From the human T2T-CHM13v2.0 reference genome, Homo sapiens: a stretch of DNA of 64,000 bases. Of the stretch, positions 47,621 to 60,400 are shown one piece after another. Under the pieces are notes generated by a model, which saw only the letters and a list, made by a program, of their open reading frames with translations, was not told where the DNA came from and ran no database searches. The stretch lies in assembly GCF_009914755.1 (NCBI RefSeq), contig NC_060928.1; one strand, written 5' to 3'. A program made the position numbers and the translations under genes. Positions within the stretch are counted from its first letter, which is position 1, and every line of letters starts with the position of its first letter.

Positions 47621-49194
47621 TTTTCCTTTCAAATCTTTAAATATCTACTTTTAAATATCTAAAAATATATATTTTATTTGTGATTGTCTTTGAATAGTTG
47701 GAATTTTGTTCCTTTTTCTATCTATTTATTCATTTATTCCTTTTTCTAGTTTGTACTTTTAATACTTGCTTGTCTCCCCTAATGAACTTAAGGTAATTGG
47801 AGGCAAAGATTTTTTCTTATTAAGCACACATTATAGTATCTTGTTCATTATAGGTTCTCAAGACTGTCAGTTAAATGTCGTTAATAAAACTAGAAAACAA
47901 TTCTGACTGGTTGGACACTGCTGAACATACCAAGAATATTTAATAAGATAAATGAACTGAGGGATATGAAGATTCAAGTCATAGACCAAAACATAAAGAG
48001 GCCTTGCCACAATTGGTTCAGATCCCCCTACATAGATAAGGGGTCAGAGACAGAATTTCTTTCCCTGGGAAAAATTGTGGGTTAAAATAGGGACTCAGCC
48101 TCCAAGTATCTATATAGCACCTTGGGGGAATGCTACAAGGACTTAAAGGTTCAAATAAATATATGAACTCCTAGAATTTTGACATAAAGTTAGAAACTGC
48201 AGTTTTCTAAAATCGAAGCAAACAAGAGCAAGATAAAACCAATAAGCTTAGTTATTGTTGCAGTAACCAATACCACTATCAATAAAAATAAGCTGGTTTT
48301 AAAAATATTACTAATAAAATTAGGTATTTATCTTCTCAATTACACTGCAGTGTATCTGGCATGAAATAGTTGTATTTTCTATAGTAGATTTTTTTGTAAA
48401 TAAATGAGCTAGTATGAATGGTAGTCATTGTGGTGATGCTCTAACACTGTTCAAATGAGAAAGTGCCCTGATTCTGAATGATTTATATTTATTTATATAT
48501 TTACCATAACTTGATGTTAGCATCTTTTGAGAGGATCCAGTTATTGCTTCCTACCTTTATATGAAACAAAGAACCTTTAGGTCTGTAGTGTGGTTTCTGA
48601 GTGATTCTGTTCACCAAAAGCAAAGAACTTTATAAATAGATTACCAATAATTCTTATGCTAAGTTTAGTTTCCATTATTAGTTAATATGTTGGCCAGTAT
48701 CTGACAAAGTACAGTTCATTATTCAGTTAATTTTGAATCATCCCCACAAAACCTACTCGTCCCTATGTGAATTGATGTAGTTTAATTTCTGAACCTTCCA
48801 AACTAAGGACCAATTTCTGATTTCTTCTGTGAGATTCACTCTGAAGGGATGAGCTGGGTTATTGCCTTGCCATAGCCTAGTAATTTGGGTTATTCTAGGG
48901 TTTGGTCACAGCTTTGATTTAGCTTTCAGTTAGTGACTAAACACTAAAGCAAGAGATTAGTAATTGGAATTGTATCACAAGATCAGAGTAGAGCTAAGAG
49001 CAAAGCTAAGTCAACACTGAGACAATCATCTCTTGGGATATTATATCTCCCAGCTGTCTTAGATTATTGATACCAGGAGGAAAGAGGATTTAAAAAGCTG
49101 CTTTCTGTCCTCTCTGTGATTTCAGGAGGGTGAACCAGAGCTTTTGTTTACCTTCGGATCTGTACTAAAAGCCTTTTCAAGTAGAGAATATATG

Positions 49195-49790
49195 GTGAGG
49201 CAGTGGGAAAATACTCACTCTTAAGCCTTATGTGGATGTGTATACTGGTAGAATCTCTATGCAGGACAATTTTGTAATATTATTCAAAATTACATTTGAA
49301 TGTATCTTTCAGCCCAGTAATTTCACATCTCAAAATATATCTTAGAGGTAAATTTGCAGAAAATATAAGATTATTCACTTCAGCTCTGTTTGTAATGCAA
49401 AAGAGAATATAACACTAGTTAACTACATTATAATATACCCATAAAATGTAATACTATATAGTATTGATATACAGTCATAACAAATAGTAGGGGAACCCAT
49501 TATACATAAATATATGGTAAAACAGCAAGTTTAATAATAATATATATATTACCCTATATGTATAAAAATAAATAACTGTATATAAATATTTGTGTATATT
49601 TTTCTATTTTTAACCATATAACATCTGTAGAAGGTTATATAATACATTGCTAAAATTGGTGGCCTCTGGATGGCTGGTCACTAGTGGTAAAAGAAAGACA
49701 TTATTTCTGGAAAAATATGTTGTACTTTTTGAATTTTGGACTATGTGAATATGTTATCCAAATTAAAAATATGTACAAAAATTTTTAAAA
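49195..49790 (+). mobile_element. Ancient L1ME-type 3' remnant
   Basis: AATACTCACT...TATACTGGTAGAATCTCTATGCAGGACAATTT...CAGCCCAGTAATTTCACATCT. Confidence 0.6.
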
Positions 49791-50032
49791 AGTAGTAAAT
49801 ACTTTTATATCCAGGCATTTTTGTGATAAAGTCTTATGATGTTCCCAATTCAAAAATATATAACCTAAGCTCCAAAAATGTAGAAAGTAATAAACTAACT
49901 TGCTATTATATAAATATTGTTAACTTTCCAGCCTAGAATAAAGTGGTATCATGGCTGTCTACTTTTGTTAGCCAATTCTAAATTTTAGATTTTATAACTT
50001 GAAACTTCTCAATCATAGTGCTTATTCCCATA

Positions 50033-50325
50033 CAGTTATGTGCTGTATAATTATAATACTGTATTTTTACTATAACTTTTCTATGTTTAGATATGGTTGG
50101 ATACACAAATACCATTGTGTTTCAGTTGCCTACAATATTCAGTACAGTAACATGCTGTACAGACTTGTAGCCTGAGAGCAATACGCTAAACCATATTGCC
50201 TAGATGTGTAGTAGACTAAGCTATCTAGGTTTGTATACGTACACTCTGTAATGTTTGCCAGTGACAAAAGCACCTAACGATGCATTTCTTAGAATTTCTC
50301 TTCATCATTAAGCAACACATGTCTA
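50033..50325 (+). mobile_element. Tigger3a (MER7A-type) MITE with small internal deletion
   Basis: TA|CAGTTATGTGCTG...TTCAGTACAGTAACATGCTGTACAG...ATTAAGCAACACATGTCTA|TA. Confidence 0.85.
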
Positions 50326-51194
50326 TATGAGACATAATGCTTACATATTAGACACACTGTTTTGTGAAAATTATTTGTCCATGTAGAGCTGGATTATCAA
50401 TATACCAAAGATTCCCTTGGAACTTAGTGTATTTCTTGCCATTTCCTAGATTGACTCAGTGTTGGATTTGCTCCTAAGGATGTTCCATCTACTTGGTGAC
50501 TTCAGTCAATTCAGACAGAAACACGTTCTTATGACCTCTGGTGTGTTAGCTGAATGAGAGCATCTACTTTTCAAAATTCCACCACAATTCCCAGATTTGA
50601 GCTTTGTTTAAATAATGCGGCTTCTGTGCCATTTTGTGACTGGCAGGAAATGTTGATTAGGCCTTGATTATATGCTCACATCTATTTTAAGGGTTTTGGA
50701 CCAGCAGTATTCAAAGCAAATGGATTGAAAGTTTAGGAGAACTCACTCCCCAATGGAAAACCAGAATGTTAACAAGTGAAATGAACTGGATGCTAGGAAG
50801 GCAAAAACAGCAGCTATAAACTCTAAGAATATATTATAAAGAAAAAAGCTTGCATTTTCACTTGGAGGAAACAAGACCAGTAAAAGATGTGACCGGAATG
50901 GAAAAGGTTGTTGAACCAGACTAAAGTACAAGGGGTAGTCCAGATTTAGAGATTAAACTCAATTTCCTATCGCTCTTGTTTTGGTTTACTGCTAAAACAA
51001 CAAACACTGAGGCATGGAATATGCACCACTTAGAGAATGAAGTAGTGGAATCAGCCTTGTTCCTCTGAGAGGAGTGCCTGTAATTCAGAAGTCAGCACCC
51101 TGGATTGGAGGAGTCCAGACCTCTTGGCTTCTTGCCTTTTGCAGGTATAACTAGTGAAGGACACACATTAGACACTGAAAATCTACCCACTAAT

Positions 51195-51290
51195 ATGTAT
51201 GTGTGTTTATATATATATACACATATATATATATACACACATATATAGTGTATATATATGTGTGTATATATATATATGTGTATATATATG
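51195..51290. repeat. (TA)n/(TATATG)n microsatellite
   Basis: About 95 bp of alternating purine-pyrimidine, TA-dominated sequence. Confidence 0.9.
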
Positions 51291-51845
51291 AGAGATGTTT
51301 TTCTGTGTCACAATTAGGTATTCTGTATTCCCTTTCTTACTAAGTTCTTGGGCCAACAGCAAGCTTAACCAGGTCTTACCAATGGGAACAATCATGGCAA
51401 AACTTAAAGTCTAAGAGCAGGGAAGTTTAATGTGTACTCAATACTTTTTGAATGGCTGAATAAATGACTGAATTTTCACAGAAAGTTGACACGTCTAAAA
51501 AAAGAAATATATTTTTAAGAAAAATAACCCATTTATACTATAGAAATCAAAATTATCTTATGTGCTTTATCAGTGATAACACCATTATTAAAGCAGCAGT
51601 ATACTAAACCATGTGTATATATTTTCTGTGTAATTTTACAACTATGAGAATACATCCTAAAATTAGTTAACACATTTAAAAGGGGGAAATTTAATTTTAT
51701 TAGGTCTAGAGGATCATTATAGAATTTACCCTAATGGCTTAAAAAAGTTAAAATATTTCACCTACACTTAAATCTTTTTGTGTACTCAGAAGATTTCAGC
51801 CCAATTGATCATGTTTCACTTCAAGAAATCCTTATAAATAAACTT

Positions 51846-51918
51846 TAATCCCATAGGACAGATCCATTAATTATGCTTTCAGGGGAGGCATAATTAATGG
51901 ATCTGTACTATGGAATTA
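51846..51918. repeat. Near-perfect short inverted repeat (hairpin)
   Basis: CCATAGGACAGATCCATTAATTATGC (51851-51876) pairs with GCATAATTAATGGATCTGTACTATGG (51888-51913) at 25/26 positions. Confidence 0.92.
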
Positions 51919-52249
51919 TAGCATTCAGTAAATATTAATAATGAAAACTCATTCTACCAAGCACCTTAATAGTACCCAAACAAATAGATCATTTTATATG
52001 GCTGAAGCTTTCCTTCAGCATTCCCATATGGAACATGAAAGTATGCAAAACAATTTAACATCAGCTTTTCTGGGAGAACTTAATAGATTAAAGATTCTCT
52101 GATGGAGAGATTTTGCATCTCAATAAAATGATCTGTCAAAATTTACTTTGATGAAAGTTTTAAAAGCTCTGATAAAAACTCAGAGGCTATGAGTAAATAA
52201 CTATTATGTATTATAACAATAAATAGCCTGGTTATATTGCTAATGAAGA

Positions 52250-53812
52250 ATTTTTAAAATAAACTTTTAATTGGGGAATAGTTTTATATTTACAGAAAAT
52301 ATGCAGAGACAGTACAGACGAGTCCCATAAACTCCTGAGTTTCTCCTACTGTTATCATCCAACCTCAGCAGAGTACATTTCTCACAACTTAAAAAACCAT
52401 CATTGGTGCATTACTATTAACTCAACTGGTCAATGTATTTGGATTTTAACAGTTTTCCTTAATGTCCTTTTTGTTATTCCCGAGTCACATTCAGGATACT
52501 TTATTACAGGGCTCCTCAACTTCCTGGCCACGGACCACTGGTCCGTGGCCTGTTGGAACTGAGCCACACTGCAGGAGGTGAGCGGAGGGCGAGTGAGCTA
52601 AGCTTCAGCTGTGCTTACAGCTGCTCCGCATCATTGCCATTACCAACTGAGCTCCACCTGCCTTTCAGATCAGCTGCGGCATTAGAGACCCTTAGGAGCG
52701 CTAACCCTAGTGTGAACTGCGCATGCGAGGTTTGAATGCTCCTTATGAGATTCTAATGCCTGATGCTGTGTCACATTCTCCCATCCCTCCCAAGATGGGA
52801 CATCTAGTTGCAGGAAAACAGGATCAGGGCTCCTACTGATTCCACATTATGGTGAGTTGTATAATTATTTGATTATATGTTACAATGTAGTAATAATAGA
52901 AATAACGTGCACAATAAATGTACTTGAATCATCCCTAAATCATCCCCCTCCCACTTTGTGGAAAAATTGTTTTCCATGAAAACGGTCCCTCATGCCAAAA
53001 AGGTTGAAGACCATTGCTTTATTATTGTTGTTCGCCATGCTTTCTCAGTGAAAGTTTCTCACACTTTTCTTGTTAAGCACTGATTAGGTTTTTGCAGAAC
53101 ATTCCTCAGTTTAGATTTGTCTGATATTTTTCTCATGATTAGACTGTGGCCATTGGTTTGAGGGTAGAAGACCATAGATGTGAAGGATCCCTCTCTTCAC
53201 ATTATACAACGTTCATGCTGTCTACATAATGCTACCCTTGATCACTTGGTTGAGGTAGTGTGTGCTGGGTTTCTCCACTGTAAAGTTACATTTTCCTTTT
53301 TTCATACATTACACTTTGGAAGAAAGTCATTCAGTGTAGCCTGAGGGTGGGAATAGGGTGTTAAGTTTCATCTCTTGAAGAGAACTAGCTAAATGAATTA
53401 TTTGGAATTCTTCTGAAAAAGGATTTGTCTCGTCTATTTATTTGTTGATTTGGAATTTTTCTGAAAAAAATGGGTCTCTTCTCCCGATTTATTTGCTCAT
53501 TCTTTTAATACTTTGAGTTATACTCTGTAGTATGTTTTTTATGTTGTTGTTCGAATTGTTCCAGCTTTGGCATTTGGGAGTTCTTTCGTGTTGAGTTCTT
53601 TGTTCTTTGTCTCTTTGGCATACCCCTGTTCTTTTGTTTTTTGAGTACTTCCTTGCTTTATGGTACCACAGGATGCTCCAGAATCATCTTGTGCCTCTTG
53701 TAAATTTCTTGTCCCATTCTGGACTTGGAATTAGCCATTTCTCCTAGGAGCCCTGGTTTGTTTTTTAGAAAAAAAAAATTAAAAAAAACACAAGACCTAG
53801 GCACTGGGTGTT
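52250..53812 (-). mobile_element. Old L1MC/L1MD-type 3' region, interrupted by MER1A
   Basis: TTTATATTTACAGAAAATATGCAGAGACAGTACAG...CATTGGTGCATTACTATTAACT...TTAGCCATTTCTCCTAGGAGCCCTGGTT. Confidence 0.7.
52507..53016 (+). mobile_element. MER1A hAT-Charlie DNA transposon
   Basis: Termini CAGGGCTCCTCAAC and GGTTGAAGACCATTG. Perfect 8-bp TSD CTTTATTA at 52499-52506 and 53017-53024, the hAT signature. Confidence 0.9.
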
Positions 53813-54005
53813 AGTAAGGATATTTTATTTAATAAAATTACCACATTTTCCACAGAATCAGAAGAAAAACATAAGACTTATACAATAAAATATTTATAAT
53901 ACTTGTAAAAGATTCTTTCATTTTCATGGATTAAAAATTAACTCCCTAACTTATGAATCAGTTAACTGTATTTCAAAAATAAATTTAAATTTTAAATTTT
54001 ATATT

Positions 54006-54091
54006 TTGTTTGTTTGTTTTTGCATTTGCAAGATTTAATAGAGTGAAAACGGAGCTCCCATACAAAGGGAGGGGATCCAAAGAGGGTAACC
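54006..54091 (-). mobile_element. L1-mediated processed retrocopy of the HERV-W/LTR17 R region
   Basis: Minus strand reads GGTTACCCTCTTTGGATCCCCTCCCTTTGTATGGGAGCTCCGTTTTCACTCTATTAAATCTTGCAAATGC, followed by an A-rich tail. 13-bp TSD TAAATTTTATATT at 53993-54005 and 54092-54104. Confidence 0.82.
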
Positions 54092-57000
54092 TAAATTTTA
54101 TATTGTTAGATACACACGGCTGACTTGGAAATTGTATATACAGAACATTGACAGTACTAAGTGACAAATAGTTTGTGAATCAATTGAGAGTTCTTCCTTT
54201 CTTCATATCAAAATGAAGAAGATAATACTATGTTTCCCAATGCTATTAAAATGAGTACATGTTTGTATTTATCAATAATAAATATAATAGTAGCAGTTAT
54301 GAGAAGATGTAACACTCAAAATATCAACTTTATTTTCTGATTATTAATAGTGCCTCTTATTCTTCAATTTCTCTGCTTTTTTAGTGACAGAATATTGAGT
54401 GAGGAATGAAATCGCTTGTCAATTAAGGAAATTGTCTTCTAAAAACAACAGCAATAAAGAAATGAAAGAGTTTTTTAATAATTAGGCAAGTAGAAAGGAT
54501 TCTAGAGAGCAATATTCATAAAAAGAAGGTGATATTAACCAGAATATTTATAATATGCTCAGTAAATTCTTGTCTAGATTTTATTATTGAACCTAAGGAT
54601 GACACTTAGGAGAAAAATGAAAGAGAACATAGTCTACATTAAATAGAAATAGAAAGGGAGAGGTGACCAATTTGTGCAAAATAACATTTTAATGGTAGGT
54701 AAAATGTTAGGTTCATATTATTTATCTGTGCTAGTGTTTGAAAGAAGCAGTTTGTCTGTTGGACTTACAACCAAAAACCAGGTTAAGAACACTTGTTAGA
54801 ATAGGCTTCTTATGACAGGAATGTCTATTGTGTCTCCAATGGATTAAAAAAAAAATTCATGAGAATTAAGGAGATTTATTCTGTTGAGATATTTGCTGCT
54901 TTTAGAAAATAGCTCTTCTATGTTCCCATAGGATTCACTTTCACATTATTATGAACCAATCACTTGTAAAATCTCTGAAATATATCAAAAGCAGATGAAG
55001 CCATAATTCTGACAGAACATTTTATGAAGAAAGTTGTGGATTAACAAAAACCATTAGCTTTTAAAAACATCAAATGTAACTTAAGTATTTTATTTAGATA
55101 TTAAATTGTATCAGTATTGCTATTGTTGAATGAAAGAGTAAATGGATTAAAATATGAAATATGGATAAGACTTATCTTCAAAAGGTTTACGATACTATTT
55201 GATCTAAAAGAATAAGCAAATTGGAATGATACCTAAATTACAGATCACTGAAAAGCAAATGGGAAAACAATAGGATAAACATGAAAATATGTATTTCTCA
55301 ACTTGATAACTAAGTACAGTTTATCAGCTGTTGTCATACGAGATTGATTTGTTTTTTTAAAATATTTATCTCAATATTTCCTCAGAACAGTAAAATTAAG
55401 GTGTCACACTTTAAGATTGATTTGAAAATTATAGCTAGAACACAATTTTCTCTTAGAATGACATTCAAAGAATCAGTGTTACATAATGTAAAATTTGGAG
55501 TCTGCTTTTTACTACCCTTTGATTTATATGTTAATTTCTGGAAAGTTGTGGGAGACCTCAATCTTTAAAGTTTACCATGAACCTTGACTTTGCACTCCTC
55601 ATGTTCTTATAAAAATTAAACCTTCATTGGAAAGACTGTGATCCAGGCTTTTCAATTTTTACAAATGAATGTCATCTATGTCTCCTAAATATATAGTTTT
55701 TGAGGGTATGATACTTTAATAAGCTATGCAGGCTGTCCATACTACAGGTAAATATCGAATAATTCAACTATGAACGAACTGTGTTCTGTCACTTGCTTAA
55801 ATTCTTGTGAGAAATCCAACTTTAAGAGATTTAGCTCAAGAGTCTTTTTTTCTGTGTTTTTCAGCATAAAGCTTCATTCATGTCTTACGTTAACATCCTG
55901 AGGTAAATTAGTTAGCAATACCAGCCTTGTTTCTCTATTATGTCATATAATCAGAGAGCGAGAGTCAGCAATTCATAATATTTCCTGGATTGATCAAATA
56001 AATGGCATAGAACTCCGGATAAATTTTGAAATTAAAGTCAATAACTAACTCACTTCAATTATCTGGTGCATGTATTTTCCTACTTCCTTTAGTAGATTAT
56101 TGTTCAATTTTTACCTAATTTCCTTCTTTAGATATTTTTACTCAATGCACTGCCTTATATCAATTTCCAAAATAGGTGTGGTATGTGTTAAATTAACATT
56201 ATGCTGAATATCTTGGTTCCTGTGTTTATAGTTCTTATCCTTGGTTTCTGGACTAGGGAGTCATAAGTAGTCCCAACTTAATGGATATTTAAAATATGTC
56301 CAGTTTATTGTACATTTGAATACAGTGAATTGAAAATAATCCTTGAATAGAAAGTCTCTAAGAATAAGTAGCGGTTGTAGCACCTATGCTTTGAATGCGT
56401 TCTTTTGTTGAAACTTAAGTGAGTCAAACTTGCCTACTTATATCCTTATCTCACTTGAGGTGAATTCATTCTTTGGTTTTAATCTTCACTGCAAAATTTC
56501 TGTGTGTTTGCACATATATTTAGAAACCAAGCTGAAAATGTAGGTATATATTCTTTTCAATGTTTTCTTTTGTTTTATTTGCATATGGGAGAATCCCTCT
56601 GAGAGACTGTGTTAAGAATATAATAAAATGACTTCTGTTGCTACCTACTATTAGTATATTTTTCTTACTTTTAGAAAAGTAAATTAATGATGAACTTCTA
56701 ACTGATATATCTTTCTTAGGCTAATCTCTCATTAAAGACGTTTTAATTGATTTTATTTTTAAAAGACTAGATAAACAGCCATTAGCAACATTCCAGGCAT
56801 TCTCTTACATTTGTGTAAATCTTTTATCCTTAAATTTTTGTTTAGCAGAATAAAAGAAAGGTAAAATGTCAGGGGCTATGAATTTAGGAATTTAAAAAAT
56901 TTAATATTTTTTCAGTTTGTAATTGTATATTATGGCAGATTGGTTTACATAATGAAAAAAATGGTTGCAATGATTTAAATCTTTATAGAAGAAAAACTGT

Positions 57001-57392
57001 AATACACGTTTGAAAATCAGTCTGAAATACATTGAAATAGCAACATAATGAATTATTACAGATACAGTTTAATTTAAAAAAGGTAAAATATAAATTAAGC
57101 AATGATGATAATAAATAGCACCCTAACACAAAAAATGGCCATTATATTTGATAAAATGCACTTAAAATATACATGGAGAGTGATAATTTGACTAATTTCC
57201 CAGATAATCATTTCTGTATAAGGAATGATTTATTATATAATTATGATTAAATCTACGTTAAATCTGATTTTTTACATTCATATTTTACTTATTATTTGTT
57301 TATTTTAATGATTTATTTATTTTTCTAAATTATGAATAGTCAAAATGACTACAAAACAATCCTAATTAAATTCAATTTCACTGTCCTTGCAG

Positions 57393-57470
57393 AGTGCAGA
57401 CATGAGTCCAGCAAGCAGTACCACGTCACTTCCTGTTAGTCCTCTTACTGAAGAGCCAGTGCCTTTCAAG
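57393..57470 (+). CDS. CCSER1: Internal coding exon (78 bp, phase 0-0) of CCSER1/FAM190A, serine-rich coiled-coil protein; probably exon 7
   Basis: Branch-point-like CTAAT at 57362-57366, then pyrimidine tract TTTCACTGTCCTTGCAG| ending at 57392. The 26 open codons read SADMSPASSTTSLPVSPLTEEPVPFK and end at donor AAG|GTAAAA (57471). GC content is raised relative to the flanks. The peptide is recognised from memory as CCSER1, just before the C-terminal coiled coil; not database-checked. Confidence 0.88.
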
Positions 57471-60400
57471 GTAAAAAACAAACAAGAAAGCATTATTTAT
57501 AAAAATATTAGGATAGTTAATAAATAGTTTAAAATAGTTTATGTGTAGATGGTGAAGTGAACTGCTTTAATCTTCAAGGGTCTGATTTCAAATCTTAAAA
57601 TCGTTTTTTTGTGTGTTCCATTGTCATTCTATTGCTAACTAAAGGTAAAGGTTTGAATGATAATTAATACTTTATGGGACAATTGTTTGTCTTACATGTA
57701 AATGGTGGAGTTTTATTGTAATAGGTTGATTCACATGAATTAGAGGTTTTAAATATTTTGTTTATAGTAATTATATTAATATAAGTCATAGGGGAAAAAG
57801 GAAACATTCAGCCCTCATCTAGTGGTTAAATTTTCATTAGCAATGCTAGGTTACCAATAATTAATGATGTAATCCTTTTAAAATAAGAGTCAAAATCAAG
57901 AGTTGAAATATGGAATCATTCCACCAAACATATTGTATTTAATAAATATTGGAGTAAATATGCAAATAAGTATGTGGTATGACTGGTGGCATTTTTTTCA
58001 CTTTGGGAAGCTATATACATAACAAATACGAAGTCTTGTTTTGCCACTTAAGATTAGATGTTTCTATTTAAGCCAAAGCTTGTAGATCAACTATTTTATG
58101 TTTGTACTGGGGTATTTAGATATTATTAGGATTATTATAAATAAAAACAATTCTTAAGAGCCTGAGGAAAAAAACTTAAAACGTTGGGATGATGTACTTA
58201 AGTGCACTGATTTCAGTATAGTTTGGTTTAAAGACGTGCACATTTTAAGATTATCACTTTTATGACTGCAATATTTTAACATACAATTATTATGAGAGTT
58301 TTTTATTTTTCATATAAGGAATGTATCTTATTCAATTTTATATTGCTTATACCTAGTACAGTTGCTGGCATGGATTTTCATATATTCAATATTGCTGTCT
58401 TGTTGAAATGATAATTATAGAAGGCTATGAATTCAAATGAGAGTATTTAGTTTTCTAATTATGGACACTTTTTTGCTTAATGAGAGTCAAATATTTGTTA
58501 GAAGGCCCTTTCTATACCTGCTAATTGTTAAATACTGAATGATATTCTGATTACATTATTTATTGAAACATTTTCTTTATTATTATACAGATAAATGAGA
58601 AAATAATACTAATGCTACAAAGTTTGATGTTACCGTTTTATGGTATATGGAACAAATTTACTGAAGAAGCATATCTTTAACAAGATTTTAATTGAATTCT
58701 CAAAACTTCGCCAGAAACCATTTTTTCTTTTTAATATTTTGACAATGATTACAGTCTTTGAAAATTAATGTATTTTTTAACAGAGGTTAAAAAAGGTTAG
58801 ACATATTTCAGAATCTGCTGACATAAAGCTAATATAAATATAATTAGTTTCTCTAACTGGTTCTGAGAGATCAATAGTTTTGGGGTAAATGTAAATGGTT
58901 CTATAAGAAATTAAAACTTTCAAGTGCTTATAATATTTAGTATTGTCTTTTGATGGCCAACATAGTTATAGTGACTTTTAATTTACTCCTTTTGTGAAAG
59001 GAATATTGCCTATATCTTTTCAAAATATTTAATCACCTATAAAATTATCCCACTAGTGTTTATAAGTATCTAAACTTAAAAATCAAAATTATGAAATAAA
59101 ACTTTATCTGCTTCTTTCATTTTTAGCTTATAAATTGTCATTGTGTAAATGAGTAATATAATACTTAATGTTACATAAACACAAAATATACAGAACTATT
59201 TTGAACAGAATCTTAACAGTATAAAGCATTGTAATTCCAAGGATATGTTGAGAATTATATAACAAATAGAAGACATTTAAGTTTTCTTATAACCACATTC
59301 TGAAAAAGTCTAATATTATAATTCAGATGTATAAAACTTTGATTAAAATTATGATATCTGAATAGCTAGGTAACTAGAAAATAAAAGGTTGTCTTTTTCA
59401 CCTATTCCCCATGAATGTGACATGATATTTCATGTTAGTATTAGATTAATCCTCTTAACCTCTTAGCTTACTTTTCTAAGATACAGTGATTTCAGCACTC
59501 AACCCCATCACAATCCACCCTAACATTAGAAGAGCAAAGCTTCTTCTAATATTGGTGGGTGATTGAGGGATTTGATTTTCCTTTTTCTTCTGGGAAGTAA
59601 TTAGATTACTAGAAGAAATGTATTTACTCCACTTTCTTAGTCAGTTTTGGAAGCACTCAGAACAGTTGGAGGAAGATACCTTGTTTTGGCTGGTATGTTT
59701 ATCAAGGTGCATACTTTTTTTTAAGCATTACCTTTAGAATGACATTCAGATTAAGTTGAATTCAACCACATCATTTGAAATAAAGACAAATGGTAAATTA
59801 TTTTTATAAAAAATAAATACAAATACTTTCCCACTAATACCCATGCCTTTATTCTTGAATGTTAGATAAGAAATTGGCTATTGTTAGGAATGTACCATAG
59901 TAAGATATATTAAATTAAGTATGGAAAAAAAGATGGCATCCTAGGGACTATCCCAAGGTAGGTTAAACTTTAGAGATACATGAATTTAAAATGGCAGTTC
60001 AGTCTTGTTTGGGATCAAATGTTTATTTTTTCCAATATGGCAGCATTTTTCAACTTTGTTAGTATTGGAGCCCATTCTTTCAATTAATTAAAAACGATCT
60101 GCCCTGAAAGATAGTCTAAGCCCCACATACATACTCACTTCTCTATTCCCCCACACTATGGTTCAGTTCCTGCTAATCTCAAATTTACTGTTTAAAAACC
60201 ATTGCTAGAGTGGTTTGATTGGTGTAGCTAGCCTTTCAAAACTGAGGACATTTCACACAAAAATTCATCCAACTTTGTCTTAAACAATTGAAAAATCTGG
60301 AAACTTTGTGGATCTCGTTGTAAGTAGAACTACTTGATAAGAGATGAGAAGGCTTTCTCCATCTAGACAGGGTACATAAACTCCAGGTCACCACAGTCAT

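Noticed and set aside
58319-58411. Candidate alternative last exon (AG then 30 open codons)
   Set aside because: The sequence resembles an L2 3' remnant, the acceptor is poor, and there is no independent support.
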